From an uncultured virus (IMG/VR IMGVR_UViG_3300024317_000003) (lineage: Duplodnaviria > Heunggongvirae > Uroviricota > Caudoviricetes): DNA of 64,000 nucleotides. Positions 1 to 8,314 of this stretch are shown one piece after another. How positions within the stretch are numbered: the first letter of the stretch is position 1; each line of letters opens with the position of its first letter. Both the position numbers and the translations under genes were made by a program. The stretch lies in the IMG/VR virus record IMGVR_UViG_3300024317_000003; one strand, given 5' to 3'. A model generated the notes under the pieces. That model had not been told where the DNA came from, did no database searches, and saw only the letters and a program-made list of their open reading frames with translations.

Positions 1-2
1 AC

Positions 3-1169
3 ATCAAATTCAGGATCTACCCGAGAGACCTGTTAGCCATGCGCCTATTACAGTCTAAGGATGAAACCCGATTTGTACTGAACGGAGTGCATTTCGAGAT
101 TCACCCGAATGGCAAGGTGCTCCTGATCGCCACCAACGGCCGTTACCTTGGGATCCTTAAACCCAGCGTGATCCTTGAAGACCCAGTTGAAAGCCGGATC
201 GAGTTTACAGTGGATTATCCACTGGTGAAGTATCTACCAAAGCCAAAAGGCGCCACCGACTTCGAAAGGATCCTAATGTGGTACGACGGACCAAACCAAA
301 AGGTGCATTTCATCAGCGAAGGCGAATGCGTGACGTGCGAAGAGGTTTTAGGGGTATTTCCGAAGTGGCGGCAAGTGATACCAACCAGTGGCTTTGCTCC
401 GTTCGAGGTGCACGTCAACTCGACCTACGTAAGCACATTCGAGAAGGTGGCTAAGATGTTAGACAGCGACGTGCCACTGGTAAGCCTGATGGGACACAAG
501 CTCGGCAAGTGCGAAGGAGTATCACCGCTTGCGCCATACTCCGTGTTCTTGGGCGAGTTAAGAGAGAGGGAATTTTACGGGGTGATCATGCCGGTGCGGA
601 CAGACCCGATCCAAATGCCGGATTGGTTGCAAGATGATCCGCCAGCTCCAGCGCCGCAGCCGGAACCAGTGCCACCGACCCGTGTTTTGCAACCGGGCAC
701 CAAAGGAAAATACGGGAAAATTTTTATTGGGACCTCGGCCGCGCCACCTGAAGGCATTGGATCCAGTTTCCTGAAAAAAGAGGGCTTCTCGTACTGGATC
801 GAGTGGGGCAGGTGGTACGAAGCGCCGACCGTAGACCCGAGCAAATTCGGAGCGCACGATTACGAGCCCGGCATCGGCTCATGCAAATGCGGCTGTCACA
901 TGGGCGACTCGAACTCGTCCGGCCCGGTGGACCCGTTTGGCGCGTGTCCGTGCAATCCGCTGCCCCCACCGGCATCCGTTGTGGGCGCTACTGCTCAACC
1001 CGCAGTGCCACACCCAATAATTCCGCCCAGCACCAAAACAACCAAAGCCAAAGCCCGAAAGGAAAGAAAGCATGTTCATAAGCGTAATACTCGACCCAGG
1101 AAGAATCTGGACCGACTACGGCGTGATCGACACGCAAAGAAACGTAAAGGTCTGCACGTGCAGCGATAG
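3..1169 (+). CDS. DNA polymerase III beta-clamp-like protein with Pro-rich and Cys/His-rich C-terminal extension (5' partial)
   Basis: DnaN-like motifs DETRFVLNGVHFE, ATNGRYL, GVFPKWRQVIP and GVIMPVR. The frame is open back to the window start. Confidence 0.8.
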   Translation: MKFRIYPRDLLAMRLLQSKDETRFVLNGVHFEIHPNGKVLLIATNGRYLGILKPSVILEDPVESRIEFTVDYPLVKYLPKPKGATDFERILMWYDGPNQKVHFISEGECVTCEEVLGVFPKWRQVIPTSGFAPFEVHVNSTYVSTFEKVAKMLDSDVPLVSLMGHKLGKCEGVSPLAPYSVFLGELREREFYGVIMPVRTDPIQMPDWLQDDPPAPAPQPEPVPPTRVLQPGTKGKYGKIFIGTSAAPPEGIGSSFLKKEGFSYWIEWGRWYEAPTVDPSKFGAHDYEPGIGSCKCGCHMGDSNSSGPVDPFGACPCNPLPPPASVVGATAQPAVPHPIIPPSTKTTKAKARKERKHVHKRNTRPRKNLDRLRRDRHAKKRKGLHVQR

Positions 1170-1266
1170 CCGGGATGCAGACGTCATTGCCAAAGTTCTA
1201 AACCTACACCAACAACAACGCGAGGCGGCAGCCTTGTTAACAGAGAAAGTAAACACGAATGAGTAA
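1072..1266 (+). CDS. hypothetical protein
   Basis: Purine-rich leader before the ATG. The stop overlaps the start of the next gene. Confidence 0.6.
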   Translation: MFISVILDPGRIWTDYGVIDTQRNVKVCTCSDSRDADVIAKVLNLHQQQREAAALLTEKVNTNE

Positions 1267-2488
1267 CGGAGTCACAACAACCCCGCCCAATCAGGCGGTA
1301 ACAATCCAGGCAAAGCAGGAAGTCGAGTACATCCCGTTTGGGTCTGAAGACCGGATCAAACTGTCCCTGGCGGTGATCCGAAATTACATCGCAACGCCCA
1401 CAAAGGAGAAGGAGCTGCCAGACGATCGTGACTGCATGCGATTCCTCATGCTGTGCCGTTCGCGCAGGCTCGACCCGTTCACCGGAGACGCTTACCTGAT
1501 CGGATTCAAAAAGCACGGCACCGACAAAGCCGAGTGGTCGCTAATCACCTCGCAGTCCGCTTTTATGAAGCGGGCGGAAATCCATCCGGAGTTTGACGGG
1601 CTGCAGTCCGGAGTCATTGTCAAAAGCCCCGACGATCAGATCGTGGAAAGGGAAGGCGATTTTCTGTTTGAAGGCGATACGTTGCTCGGCGGATGGGCAG
1701 TCGTCTACTTCAAGACCCGCAAATTCCCCATGCGCAAAAAGGTTCAACTGAAGACCTACCACAAGGCGTTTGGTGTTTGGCTCACTGACCCGGCCGGAAT
1801 GATTTGCAAGGTCGCAGAGGTGCACGCGCTCAGAGACGCGTTTCCGACCATGCTCGGGGGGATGATGCTGCGCGAGGAAACAGTCGAGATCCCGTCCGAG
1901 GTTGTAGGGAGCAGGGAAATCAAACGGCCGGAATTCACCCAGGGACTACCGGCGCCAGACCTGAACCCGACCCCGGCAACCAATCCGGTTCGCAAGGTTG
2001 CGAATACGCGTGCCGGGACGCAGCAGGCGCCCCAGGAGCCCAAACCGGCTGTCAGCACCCCGCCCGATGCCCAAAACGCTGCCCAAAGCCCGGCAGCGAA
2101 CGAGAACACCCCGTCTGGAGAGCCTACCCCTCCTTCTGACGAGAAGGCGGAAGCCGCTTTAGGGCTTGCACCGTCTCAAAACGAGACAGCAGCGCCAGCG
2201 GATAAACCGGCGACCACAACGACGGTAGCGGCGCCTGCCCCGGCCGGTCCGAAAGTGGACCCGGCGACGTTCAAACCCCGGGACGGGGAAACTATGGCCC
2301 TAACGGCCGTCCGGCGTTGGCTGCACGGCGAAGGGAGAACCGAGCCCGAGCTGATGAAGGTGCTCGTATCAAACAAGGCTGCGAAGCCCGGGCAAAAGCT
2401 ATCGGAAATGTCCGAGTCGAAGCTCGATAACGTGTATAAAGCCCGCGCCACACTCGCGACTCAAATGTCCCAGCAACCGGCAAGCTAA
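1259..2488 (+). CDS. bet: Bet/RecT-family single-strand annealing recombinase
   Basis: FLMLCRSRRLDPFTGDAYLIGF, AEIHPEFDGLQSG and W..DPAGMICKVAEVHALRDAFP are typical of Bet. Low-complexity linker plus C-terminal domain. Confidence 0.9.
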   Translation: MSNGVTTTPPNQAVTIQAKQEVEYIPFGSEDRIKLSLAVIRNYIATPTKEKELPDDRDCMRFLMLCRSRRLDPFTGDAYLIGFKKHGTDKAEWSLITSQSAFMKRAEIHPEFDGLQSGVIVKSPDDQIVEREGDFLFEGDTLLGGWAVVYFKTRKFPMRKKVQLKTYHKAFGVWLTDPAGMICKVAEVHALRDAFPTMLGGMMLREETVEIPSEVVGSREIKRPEFTQGLPAPDLNPTPATNPVRKVANTRAGTQQAPQEPKPAVSTPPDAQNAAQSPAANENTPSGEPTPPSDEKAEAALGLAPSQNETAAPADKPATTTTVAAPAPAGPKVDPATFKPRDGETMALTAVRRWLHGEGRTEPELMKVLVSNKAAKPGQKLSEMSESKLDNVYKARATLATQMSQQPAS

Positions 2489-2492
2489 AACT

Positions 2493-2568
2493 TTTGGGGT
2501 GCCCGGGTTGTTTCCTTCCTCATCTCGTTTGAGAAAAGGTCATTCATGGCAACTCGCGGCATCCCAAA
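2493..2568 (+). other. Long intergenic stem-loop (terminator, processing site or small structured RNA)
   Basis: TTTGGGGTGCC..GGGTTG pairs with CAACTC..GGCATCCCAAA. Inner hairpin TCTC-GTTT-GAGA. Confidence 0.55.
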
Positions 2569-2703
2569 TTCAACATCACGAAAGGATCCCATGCCGCCAG
2601 CGAGACAACTCAAACCCGGAGAGAAAATCTTTTGCCTGTTAGCCGACCGGGGCAGATGCAATTACGAAATCGTTTACCGAGGCGTCACCGTGAGAGCACA
2701 ATT

Positions 2704-2925
2704 ATGAAGAGACCGAACCCCACCAAAGAGCAAGCGGCGTGTGACGCGTTCAATAGTTTTAACCCTGTTGGTACCGCCGTGCACCTGCGGACCGATTCCG
2801 GTGAAATGACGATCGAATTCACCGCGTCCAAAGCGACCGTGTTGAGCGGGCACACAGCCGTCATCTGGCTCAAGGGACGCAGCGGTTGTTACAAGCTCGA
2901 TCGAGTAACCCCGGTAGTTGCATGA
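2704..2925 (+). CDS. hypothetical phage protein
   Basis: ORF from MKRPNPT with FN...PVGT.V and TAVIWLKGRSGC.KLDRV. ATGA overlap with the next gene. Confidence 0.65.
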   Translation: MKRPNPTKEQAACDAFNSFNPVGTAVHLRTDSGEMTIEFTASKATVLSGHTAVIWLKGRSGCYKLDRVTPVVA

Positions 2926-3398
2926 AGTGCACCGTCGAACAGTGTAACCGAAAGGCGATTGCACGTGGGTTGTGCACTGCCCATTACCAGAGAGTGCGGC
3001 GCGGCAGAAACGGCGTTGATGCTTCCAGACCGATCGGCGACAAGTGGGGAGCCAACAATCCGAACTGGAAAGGCGGCGAGATCGACACCCGGGCTGATCG
3101 AAGAGTGCAAATCTACAACCCGGAGGCATCGCGAGAAATGGGGCGAACGGTGTACGATTTGCGCTATCGCAAACGCCTCGAAGAGAGAATCGGGCGAAAG
3201 TTAGGACCCAAAGAGGTTGCCCACCACGAGAACCAAAACCCAGCGGATGACCGACCGAACAACTTAGAACCAATGAGCGCCTCGGCTCACATGAGCTATC
3301 ACATGAGGCAGCGATGGAGTGATCCTGAATATGCAAGACGACAAACAGCTCATAACCGAAGACGCGTCAGGGGAGCAGACGGCAGATTTATCGGGTGA
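2922..3398 (+). CDS. HNH endonuclease with N-terminal Zn-binding motif
   Basis: CTVEQC..ARGLCTAHYQR, NPNWKGG and EVAHHENQNPADDRPNNLE...H. Confidence 0.85.
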   Translation: MKCTVEQCNRKAIARGLCTAHYQRVRRGRNGVDASRPIGDKWGANNPNWKGGEIDTRADRRVQIYNPEASREMGRTVYDLRYRKRLEERIGRKLGPKEVAHHENQNPADDRPNNLEPMSASAHMSYHMRQRWSDPEYARRQTAHNRRRVRGADGRFIG

Positions 3399-4524
3399 AC
3401 GGCTTGGATTGCCGTCAGCTTCCGATACCGCTGCGTGGAACTGCCCCGGCAAATGGAACCTTATGCGGGAATGCGGCCCGAAGATCAGCCGTTACGTGCC
3501 AGATGAGTTAACAGAGTCTGGTATTCGAATTCATAAAGCCCGCCACCTCGGAGTGCCGATGGATCTCAGTGATGACGAGCTTGATATTTTCAATAAGTCC
3601 ATCGCGTACGAGGACCGCCTTGTGCAGGACTGGATGGCAGCCTATGACATCAAAGACTGCAATCAAGTCGAGCGCGAGGAACGATTTTTTCTGCACGATC
3701 CCGCCACAATGCAGCCAATAGCTTCAGGCCAGTTGGACAGCTTCTATCTTGCGCCGCCTTACGCGCTGATTGTCGACCGAAAGACAGGCTTTTGCTCGAA
3801 CCTCGTGCCGTCTGCGCGCAACACACAACTGCGCGTGCAGGCCGTCCTCCTATGGCGCGAATACGACAATCTTGAAACCATCCGCGTTGCGTTCGACAAA
3901 AGCCGATTCAGCCCAAAGAATGCGGATTGGTGCGATTACACAGGGACGGATCTCCAGTTCTCTCACGACTGGATACTTTATTGGTTGGGGTGGACACGGC
4001 AACCTGAAGCACCACGTTTCCCGGGACAACATTGCACCCATTGTCCAGTAAAAGGATTCTGCGTTGAGGCGGGATCCTACGCGATGCTCCCTAGCGTGGT
4101 AGCCGCACGCGCGCTTGCTTCCTCGACCGATATAGCCGCGATGGTTGGCGCGCTCAAACCGGTTGACTTGGTGAAGCTGTGGGAAACCAAATCCGTTATT
4201 GAAAAGATCCTGAAGGAAGTTGTCAGTCGACTTAAAGGCATGCCGACCGAACAACTCAAAGAGCTGGGACTGGAACTCGGCAAAGGCCGGGCCATGAACC
4301 CGATCACCAAAACCAAAGAGTGCTTCGACTTCCTGAAAGGCGTTCAGATGTGGAAAGAGGAAGACTTGTGGGCCGCACTGGAATTTAGCAACACTGCATT
4401 GGCGGAACTCGCGATGAAAGACAAAGACCTGAGCAAAGACGCGGCCAGCAAATGGGTGCGAGTTGCTCTGGCGGAATTCATCACCGCAAGCACGGCCGAG
4501 GCACCACTGAAAAGGATCGCGTGA
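3331..4524 (+). CDS. PD-(D/E)XK / Cas4-like exonuclease (DUF2800-like)
   Basis: PSAS..WNCPG, G...H, GQLD...IVDRKTG, QLRVQA and PGQHCTHCPVKGFC. Lies near bet. Confidence 0.8.
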   Translation: MQDDKQLITEDASGEQTADLSGERLGLPSASDTAAWNCPGKWNLMRECGPKISRYVPDELTESGIRIHKARHLGVPMDLSDDELDIFNKSIAYEDRLVQDWMAAYDIKDCNQVEREERFFLHDPATMQPIASGQLDSFYLAPPYALIVDRKTGFCSNLVPSARNTQLRVQAVLLWREYDNLETIRVAFDKSRFSPKNADWCDYTGTDLQFSHDWILYWLGWTRQPEAPRFPGQHCTHCPVKGFCVEAGSYAMLPSVVAARALASSTDIAAMVGALKPVDLVKLWETKSVIEKILKEVVSRLKGMPTEQLKELGLELGKGRAMNPITKTKECFDFLKGVQMWKEEDLWAALEFSNTALAELAMKDKDLSKDAASKWVRVALAEFITASTAEAPLKRIA

Positions 4525-4748
4525 AAGTCCGCGTAAAGGTTATGTACGAGTGGACCGAGAATCTGAAGCGCATGGATGCTGCCGCGATGTGCGATTTTGC
4601 ATACGCACCGGGATACCCTCCAAAGTCCGAGTGGATTCCGTTGCTTAAAAGATACCACGAAGAGTGTCCTGAAGTTCCAGATAACGCCAAAGTGACAGTC
4701 TGCATTACGAAAGCGACGTCGAAGCGTCCACAAAAAAGGATCCCATGA
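4521..4748 (+). CDS. hypothetical protein
   Basis: GTGA and ATGA overlaps with both neighbours. Confidence 0.55.
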   Translation: MKVRVKVMYEWTENLKRMDAAAMCDFAYAPGYPPKSEWIPLLKRYHEECPEVPDNAKVTVCITKATSKRPQKRIP

Positions 4749-5164
4749 GCCCCGAGACCCAACAAATCATAAACCTGCTGAGCGAGATTCGAGACCTGCT
4801 CAAAGCCCGCCCGGCAGCAACGCCACCGACACAGCGAACATTCGACGGCACGACCAACGACAAAAATACCTACACGAAACTGCGCGACGGCAGTTGGGGT
4901 GTGCGCTGCGTATCAGCCGTTAAGCCGGGAGATTCTGTGACCGTGACCACCAAGGACAACAAAAAGCGGACCGAGACTGTCAATGAGCTTGTGTTCAAAG
5001 GCGAGGACCGAAGAACCGGCAGGCTCATCTGGATCTGTTCCATTGTCCCGCGCGGCAAAGGAAGCGCAGATTCGCAACCGGCCGACGCGCCAGCGGCCGC
5101 AGCCCAGGCGGAAGCGGAAGCTAACGCTGCAGCCGCGCAAGAGGAAGACGACGTTCCGTTTTAA
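4745..5164 (+). CDS. small beta-rich protein with SSB-like acidic tail
   Basis: SD AAGGA. Ends in EEDDVPF. Confidence 0.7.
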   Translation: MSPETQQIINLLSEIRDLLKARPAATPPTQRTFDGTTNDKNTYTKLRDGSWGVRCVSAVKPGDSVTVTTKDNKKRTETVNELVFKGEDRRTGRLIWICSIVPRGKGSADSQPADAPAAAAQAEAEANAAAAQEEDDVPF

Positions 5165-5170
5165 GATTGC

Positions 5171-5353
5171 ATGAGCACAGAAGAAAAAACTGAATGGCTG
5201 GAGACGCTGAAGCGCCTGAAGCGTCACACTGAACTGGCGATCGAGTTGGTAGAGTCCGATCGGCTTCGAGCCGATCACGGACAACGCTTCGCGCCGGGCA
5301 CCTTTAGAATTGGGGACTTTGCGATCATGGACCGAACAAAACTCACAAAATGA
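5171..5353 (+). CDS. hypothetical protein
   Basis: Fills the gap between neighbours. ATGA overlap with the 5350 ORF. Confidence 0.55.
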   Translation: MSTEEKTEWLETLKRLKRHTELAIELVESDRLRADHGQRFAPGTFRIGDFAIMDRTKLTK

Positions 5354-5847
5354 CCGAGGATGAATTCAAACAACTTGCCCGCGCAAAAGGCTTTGTTCCC
5401 ACCGGTAACAGAACCTTCACCCACAAAGCTAACCTTATACCTAAAGCGGCTCCAAGCCCCGAGGGTACAGGGCAGAGAGGGTGCAGCCCCGCCAAAACAG
5501 AACTTCCACATACCGAGCTTCAAGAACAGCAAACGGTGGATCACCAAAGACCCGAGGGGCAACCCGCTGAAACGGCCGTTCCTGATTACGAGCCCGGAAT
5601 TCCAGCAGTGGATGGAGAAAGCCGTCGCCAGTTTAGAATCACAGTTACTCTGTATGTGTCAGACAACATCAGGCGAGACCCAACCGGGGCAATGGAAACT
5701 ATCACAGATACTCTTGTGCATGCCGCCAGACGACTCAGTGCGCGAATTAGTGGACGGCCGTTGGACAGTGGAAAAGGTAGCGCCGGGCGAAGAAGGCGCA
5801 AAAATAGTAGTCGAGCGAATATCGTAAAAGATCCGTTACCGTTCTAG
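5350..5847 (+). CDS. RusA-like locus, frame B (central strand and RRD helix)
   Basis: FRITVTLYVSDNIRRDPTGAMETITDTLVHA resembles the RusA core (..RRRDLDN..K..DAL). ATG is coupled to the upstream stop. Confidence 0.6.
   Translation: MTEDEFKQLARAKGFVPTGNRTFTHKANLIPKAAPSPEGTGQRGCSPAKTELPHTELQEQQTVDHQRPEGQPAETAVPDYEPGIPAVDGESRRQFRITVTLYVSDNIRRDPTGAMETITDTLVHAARRLSARISGRPLDSGKGSAGRRRRKNSSRANIVKDPLPF
5360..5827 (+). CDS. RusA-like locus, frame A (N-terminal and C-terminal parts)
   Basis: HIPSFKNSKR...FQQWMEKA and PDDSVREL...VEKVAPGEEGAKIVVERI resemble the RusA N- and C-termini. Confidence 0.6.
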   Translation: MNSNNLPAQKALFPPVTEPSPTKLTLYLKRLQAPRVQGREGAAPPKQNFHIPSFKNSKRWITKDPRGNPLKRPFLITSPEFQQWMEKAVASLESQLLCMCQTTSGETQPGQWKLSQILLCMPPDDSVRELVDGRWTVEKVAPGEEGAKIVVERIS

Positions 5848-5851
5848 GCTT

Positions 5852-6052
5852 ATGGTCTCCATCATTTTCACGTTCAACGAAGAAACCAAATCGCGAGCGA
5901 AAGCATCCGGTTACGAGGAAAAGACCGTTCTGATCAAGCACGCTCACGGCGATTCGAGCAAAGAAACGGAAAGCGCGTTAAACCTCGAAGCAAGGCGGAT
6001 GGGTGCATACCAGTTCATTGTTGGCGACTACTGGGGGATGGGAAACGACTGA
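5852..6052 (+). CDS. hypothetical protein
   Basis: ORF in operon context. Confidence 0.55.
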   Translation: MVSIIFTFNEETKSRAKASGYEEKTVLIKHAHGDSSKETESALNLEARRMGAYQFIVGDYWGMGND

Positions 6053-6055
6053 CTT

Positions 6056-6496
6056 ATGAAAATCTATATTTACGGCTTAATCAATCCGCTCGACCCGGAA
6101 ACCGTTCGCTACGTTGGCCGGACCGAAGACCTTGGCGAAGCTGTAGCGTCTCACGCCAAAGGGAAATTCGAAGCAACGGCAGCTTGGGCAAAAGAGGCAT
6201 GCACCGCAGGCAGCGGTATCTCGGCGAAGATCCTCGAAACCAAGGAAGACGAGACCGGCGCTGAACAGTGCGAAGCCGCATGGATCAGCCGTTACCCGGT
6301 CGGGCAACTGCTCAACAAGCCTCCCGTCGACGGGTCAGAATTTCGGATCACGCCGATCATCCCATTGAAGCAGATGCAGGCGCGCTACATCCGTTGGGCG
6401 ATCGAACGGTTTGGGGGTAACAAGCAGGCGGCCGCAGACGCGCTCGGTATCCGGCGTCAGACCCTCTACAACATCCTCAAACGCGCAGAGAAGTGA
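6056..6496 (+). CDS. GIY-YIG-like domain fused to a Fis-type HTH
   Basis: IYIYGLINP...VRYVGRT. C-terminal IRWAIERFGGNKQAAADALGIRRQTLYNILK. Confidence 0.8.
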   Translation: MKIYIYGLINPLDPETVRYVGRTEDLGEAVASHAKGKFEATAAWAKEACTAGSGISAKILETKEDETGAEQCEAAWISRYPVGQLLNKPPVDGSEFRITPIIPLKQMQARYIRWAIERFGGNKQAAADALGIRRQTLYNILKRAEK

Positions 6497-6675
6497 ACAC
6501 AATTAAAACCTACTACCGTGTAGGGATGTTCCTGCTGCCGCTGTGGATCGGCTTCCTGCCTTGCTGGCTCTATTTCCTATGTGTGGTGTGGCTCTGGTAC
6601 CACGCGTATCGGGACTGTCAACGAGGCGACGCGCCGAGGGCTCACCCCACGCCTCACCACTTGATAAAGCCGTGA
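6493..6675 (+). CDS. small membrane protein
   Basis: GTGA overlap and a hydrophobic stretch. Confidence 0.45.
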   Translation: MNTIKTYYRVGMFLLPLWIGFLPCWLYFLCVVWLWYHAYRDCQRGDAPRAHPTPHHLIKP

Positions 6676-6914
6676 CCCACCAACGACATGAGGAAATTTA
6701 TGACTATGATTGCTGCCAGGAGACACCAAATCCCGTCCCATACCATGACGACGAATGGTGGCGCTTTGACCTTTGGAAACCCGAAGTGTCCCAATGCCCA
6801 AACGATCAGCAAACACAGAATTATCACGAAGAACACCAGGGCGTTTTGTACTAACCCTTCACCGTGACCGTCCCCGTGAATGCTGATACTGTCCGCGAGT
6901 ATTAGAGCTGTCAT
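6654..6914 (-). CDS. two-TM membrane protein (holin-like)
   Basis: Two hydrophobic helices at the end of the late operon. Confidence 0.6.
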   Translation of the reverse strand: MTALILADSISIHGDGHGEGLVQNALVFFVIILCLLIVWALGHFGFPKVKAPPFVVMVWDGIWCLLAAIIVINFLMSLVGHGFIKW

Positions 6915-6932
6915 AGGCCAAACCTCGTCAGT

Positions 6933-7166
6933 TTACGGCGTCAAAGCAAGTAAAGCCTTTCCCTGAGGCGAATTGGGGTCAATCGCGTGCGCTGCCAGAA
7001 CCTCCAGCATCTGCTGCCGAGCGGTCTTGGTAGTCAGTAACGCCAAGGCTTGCCAATCGGCATCTGTTGGCGGCGCAGACTTTGTGAACATGGCGATCAG
7101 TTGTTGAATTGCTGGCGCGCCATACTGCAAAATTATAGGAATGAGAGTGACCAGAGCGGATGACAT
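6933..7166 (-). CDS. hypothetical protein (lysis-cassette associated)
   Basis: Amphipathic ORF directly after a lipoprotein gene. Confidence 0.65.
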   Translation of the reverse strand: MSSALVTLIPIILQYGAPAIQQLIAMFTKSAPPTDADWQALALLTTKTARQQMLEVLAAHAIDPNSPQGKALLALTP

Positions 7167-7168
7167 AA

Positions 7169-7507
7169 TTACAGTTTCACTCCTGCGGATGTTACGATGT
7201 TTGTGAACGATGTGGCCTTAGTAAGCACGGCGGCCGGGACTGGCGCTGAACCGCCACCGGAAGCGGCGACCGCGGCAGCGTGTAAAGCGAGTTGCGTATC
7301 GTTGAATGCAGCTTCCACGATCGGCACGTTGTTTGTCGGCACTTGCCCCGTCACGACTTGATCGAGAAAGATTCGGTTCGCGGCGAGAACAGACGTCTCA
7401 GTTGCCGAAATGGTTTGAAACGCCGACGTGGTGCTGCAACTGATCGCAAATGCGCAGACCGCAATGCCGAACAGTAAAACGACTTCTTCTTTTATGTGGT
7501 GTTTCAT
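7169..7507 (-). CDS. putative lipoprotein (possible spanin component)
   Basis: Hydrophobic N-terminus with lipobox-like FAISC, followed by an Ala-rich helical body. Confidence 0.6.
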   Translation of the reverse strand: MKHHIKEEVVLLFGIAVCAFAISCSTTSAFQTISATETSVLAANRIFLDQVVTGQVPTNNVPIVEAAFNDTQLALHAAAVAASGGGSAPVPAAVLTKATSFTNIVTSAGVKL

Positions 7508-7725
7508 GGAGTTTTGGAGCTTTCTTCGATTGTAACCGCCTCTTGTTGTTGTGCTGTGGTGCTGATGCTGTGCCGAATGCTGGCAGCGGTGCCGCTGAGT
7601 AGAAACCCGTCAATGATCGGCTGATCCGTCCACCAACCTTGTTGTATGCCTCCAGCGTAAACGAATCCCAAGACCGCCAGGATATACGTTTTCTTACCGC
7701 TGAGCCAGTTCCAGGCTTTAGCCAT
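7504..7725 (-). CDS. putative holin
   Basis: WLSGKKTYILAVLG, two short TM segments, then SIRHSI. Confidence 0.65.
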   Translation of the reverse strand: MAKAWNWLSGKKTYILAVLGFVYAGGIQQGWWTDQPIIDGFLLSGTAASIRHSISTTAQQQEAVTIEESSKTP

Positions 7726-7773
7726 CACACCCGCCACCTTGCGCCCGTCGGTCAACGATAGCAAGCCTACAGA

Positions 7774-8268
7774 TCACCTCGGCGCCGGTGTTGTGTAGAT
7801 GACCTGCGGTGTGTTCGGGGGTCTTGTCCAAGAATATATGAGCGTGCCGATCGCCAAGACCGTTGAAATGAGTGTTATGGCTCCCAAGAGGACGATCCAG
7901 CTTGTGTGTATTCCTTCGCTTTTACCTGAGCCTGACGCGGCGTATTCGGCGAGCGGTTTGATCATGGCGATCAGCTCTTTTGACAGAGCCGACAAATCGT
8001 CCTTGGTAGCATAGCTCCCGCGTTCGCTGTTAATCTGCTCGCGCAGTTCGTTTGCTTTCTCGTCCTTGTAAGTCTGAATTTCGCGAGCCAATCCGAGAGC
8101 ATCCCTGTCCGACCGATCTTTGATTTGCGCCGCTTTCTCTTCCGCCTGTTTTACTTCAGCCAGACGCCGATCCCGCTCGTTTTGAAATTTTTCTTCGGCC
8201 GCACGCAACGCTTCGTTGTGAGCTGCGTACGTCTCTATTGTCCAGTGCGCTGTATCGCTCGGTCTCAT
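7774..8268 (-). CDS. coiled-coil protein with C-terminal TM helix
   Basis: Charged helical N-terminus followed by WIVLLGAITLISTVLAIGTLIY. Confidence 0.7.
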   Translation of the reverse strand: MRPSDTAHWTIETYAAHNEALRAAEEKFQNERDRRLAEVKQAEEKAAQIKDRSDRDALGLAREIQTYKDEKANELREQINSERGSYATKDDLSALSKELIAMIKPLAEYAASGSGKSEGIHTSWIVLLGAITLISTVLAIGTLIYSWTRPPNTPQVIYTTPAPR

Positions 8269-8314
8269 CGATTCTTTCTCTGCCCGTGTTCAGACTGTTC
8301 ATTTTGCTCTGCCT

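Noticed and set aside
3331..4524. Cas4-like nuclease as evidence of CRISPR-Cas
   Set aside because: It is stand-alone and next to Bet, the usual phage recombination exonuclease context.
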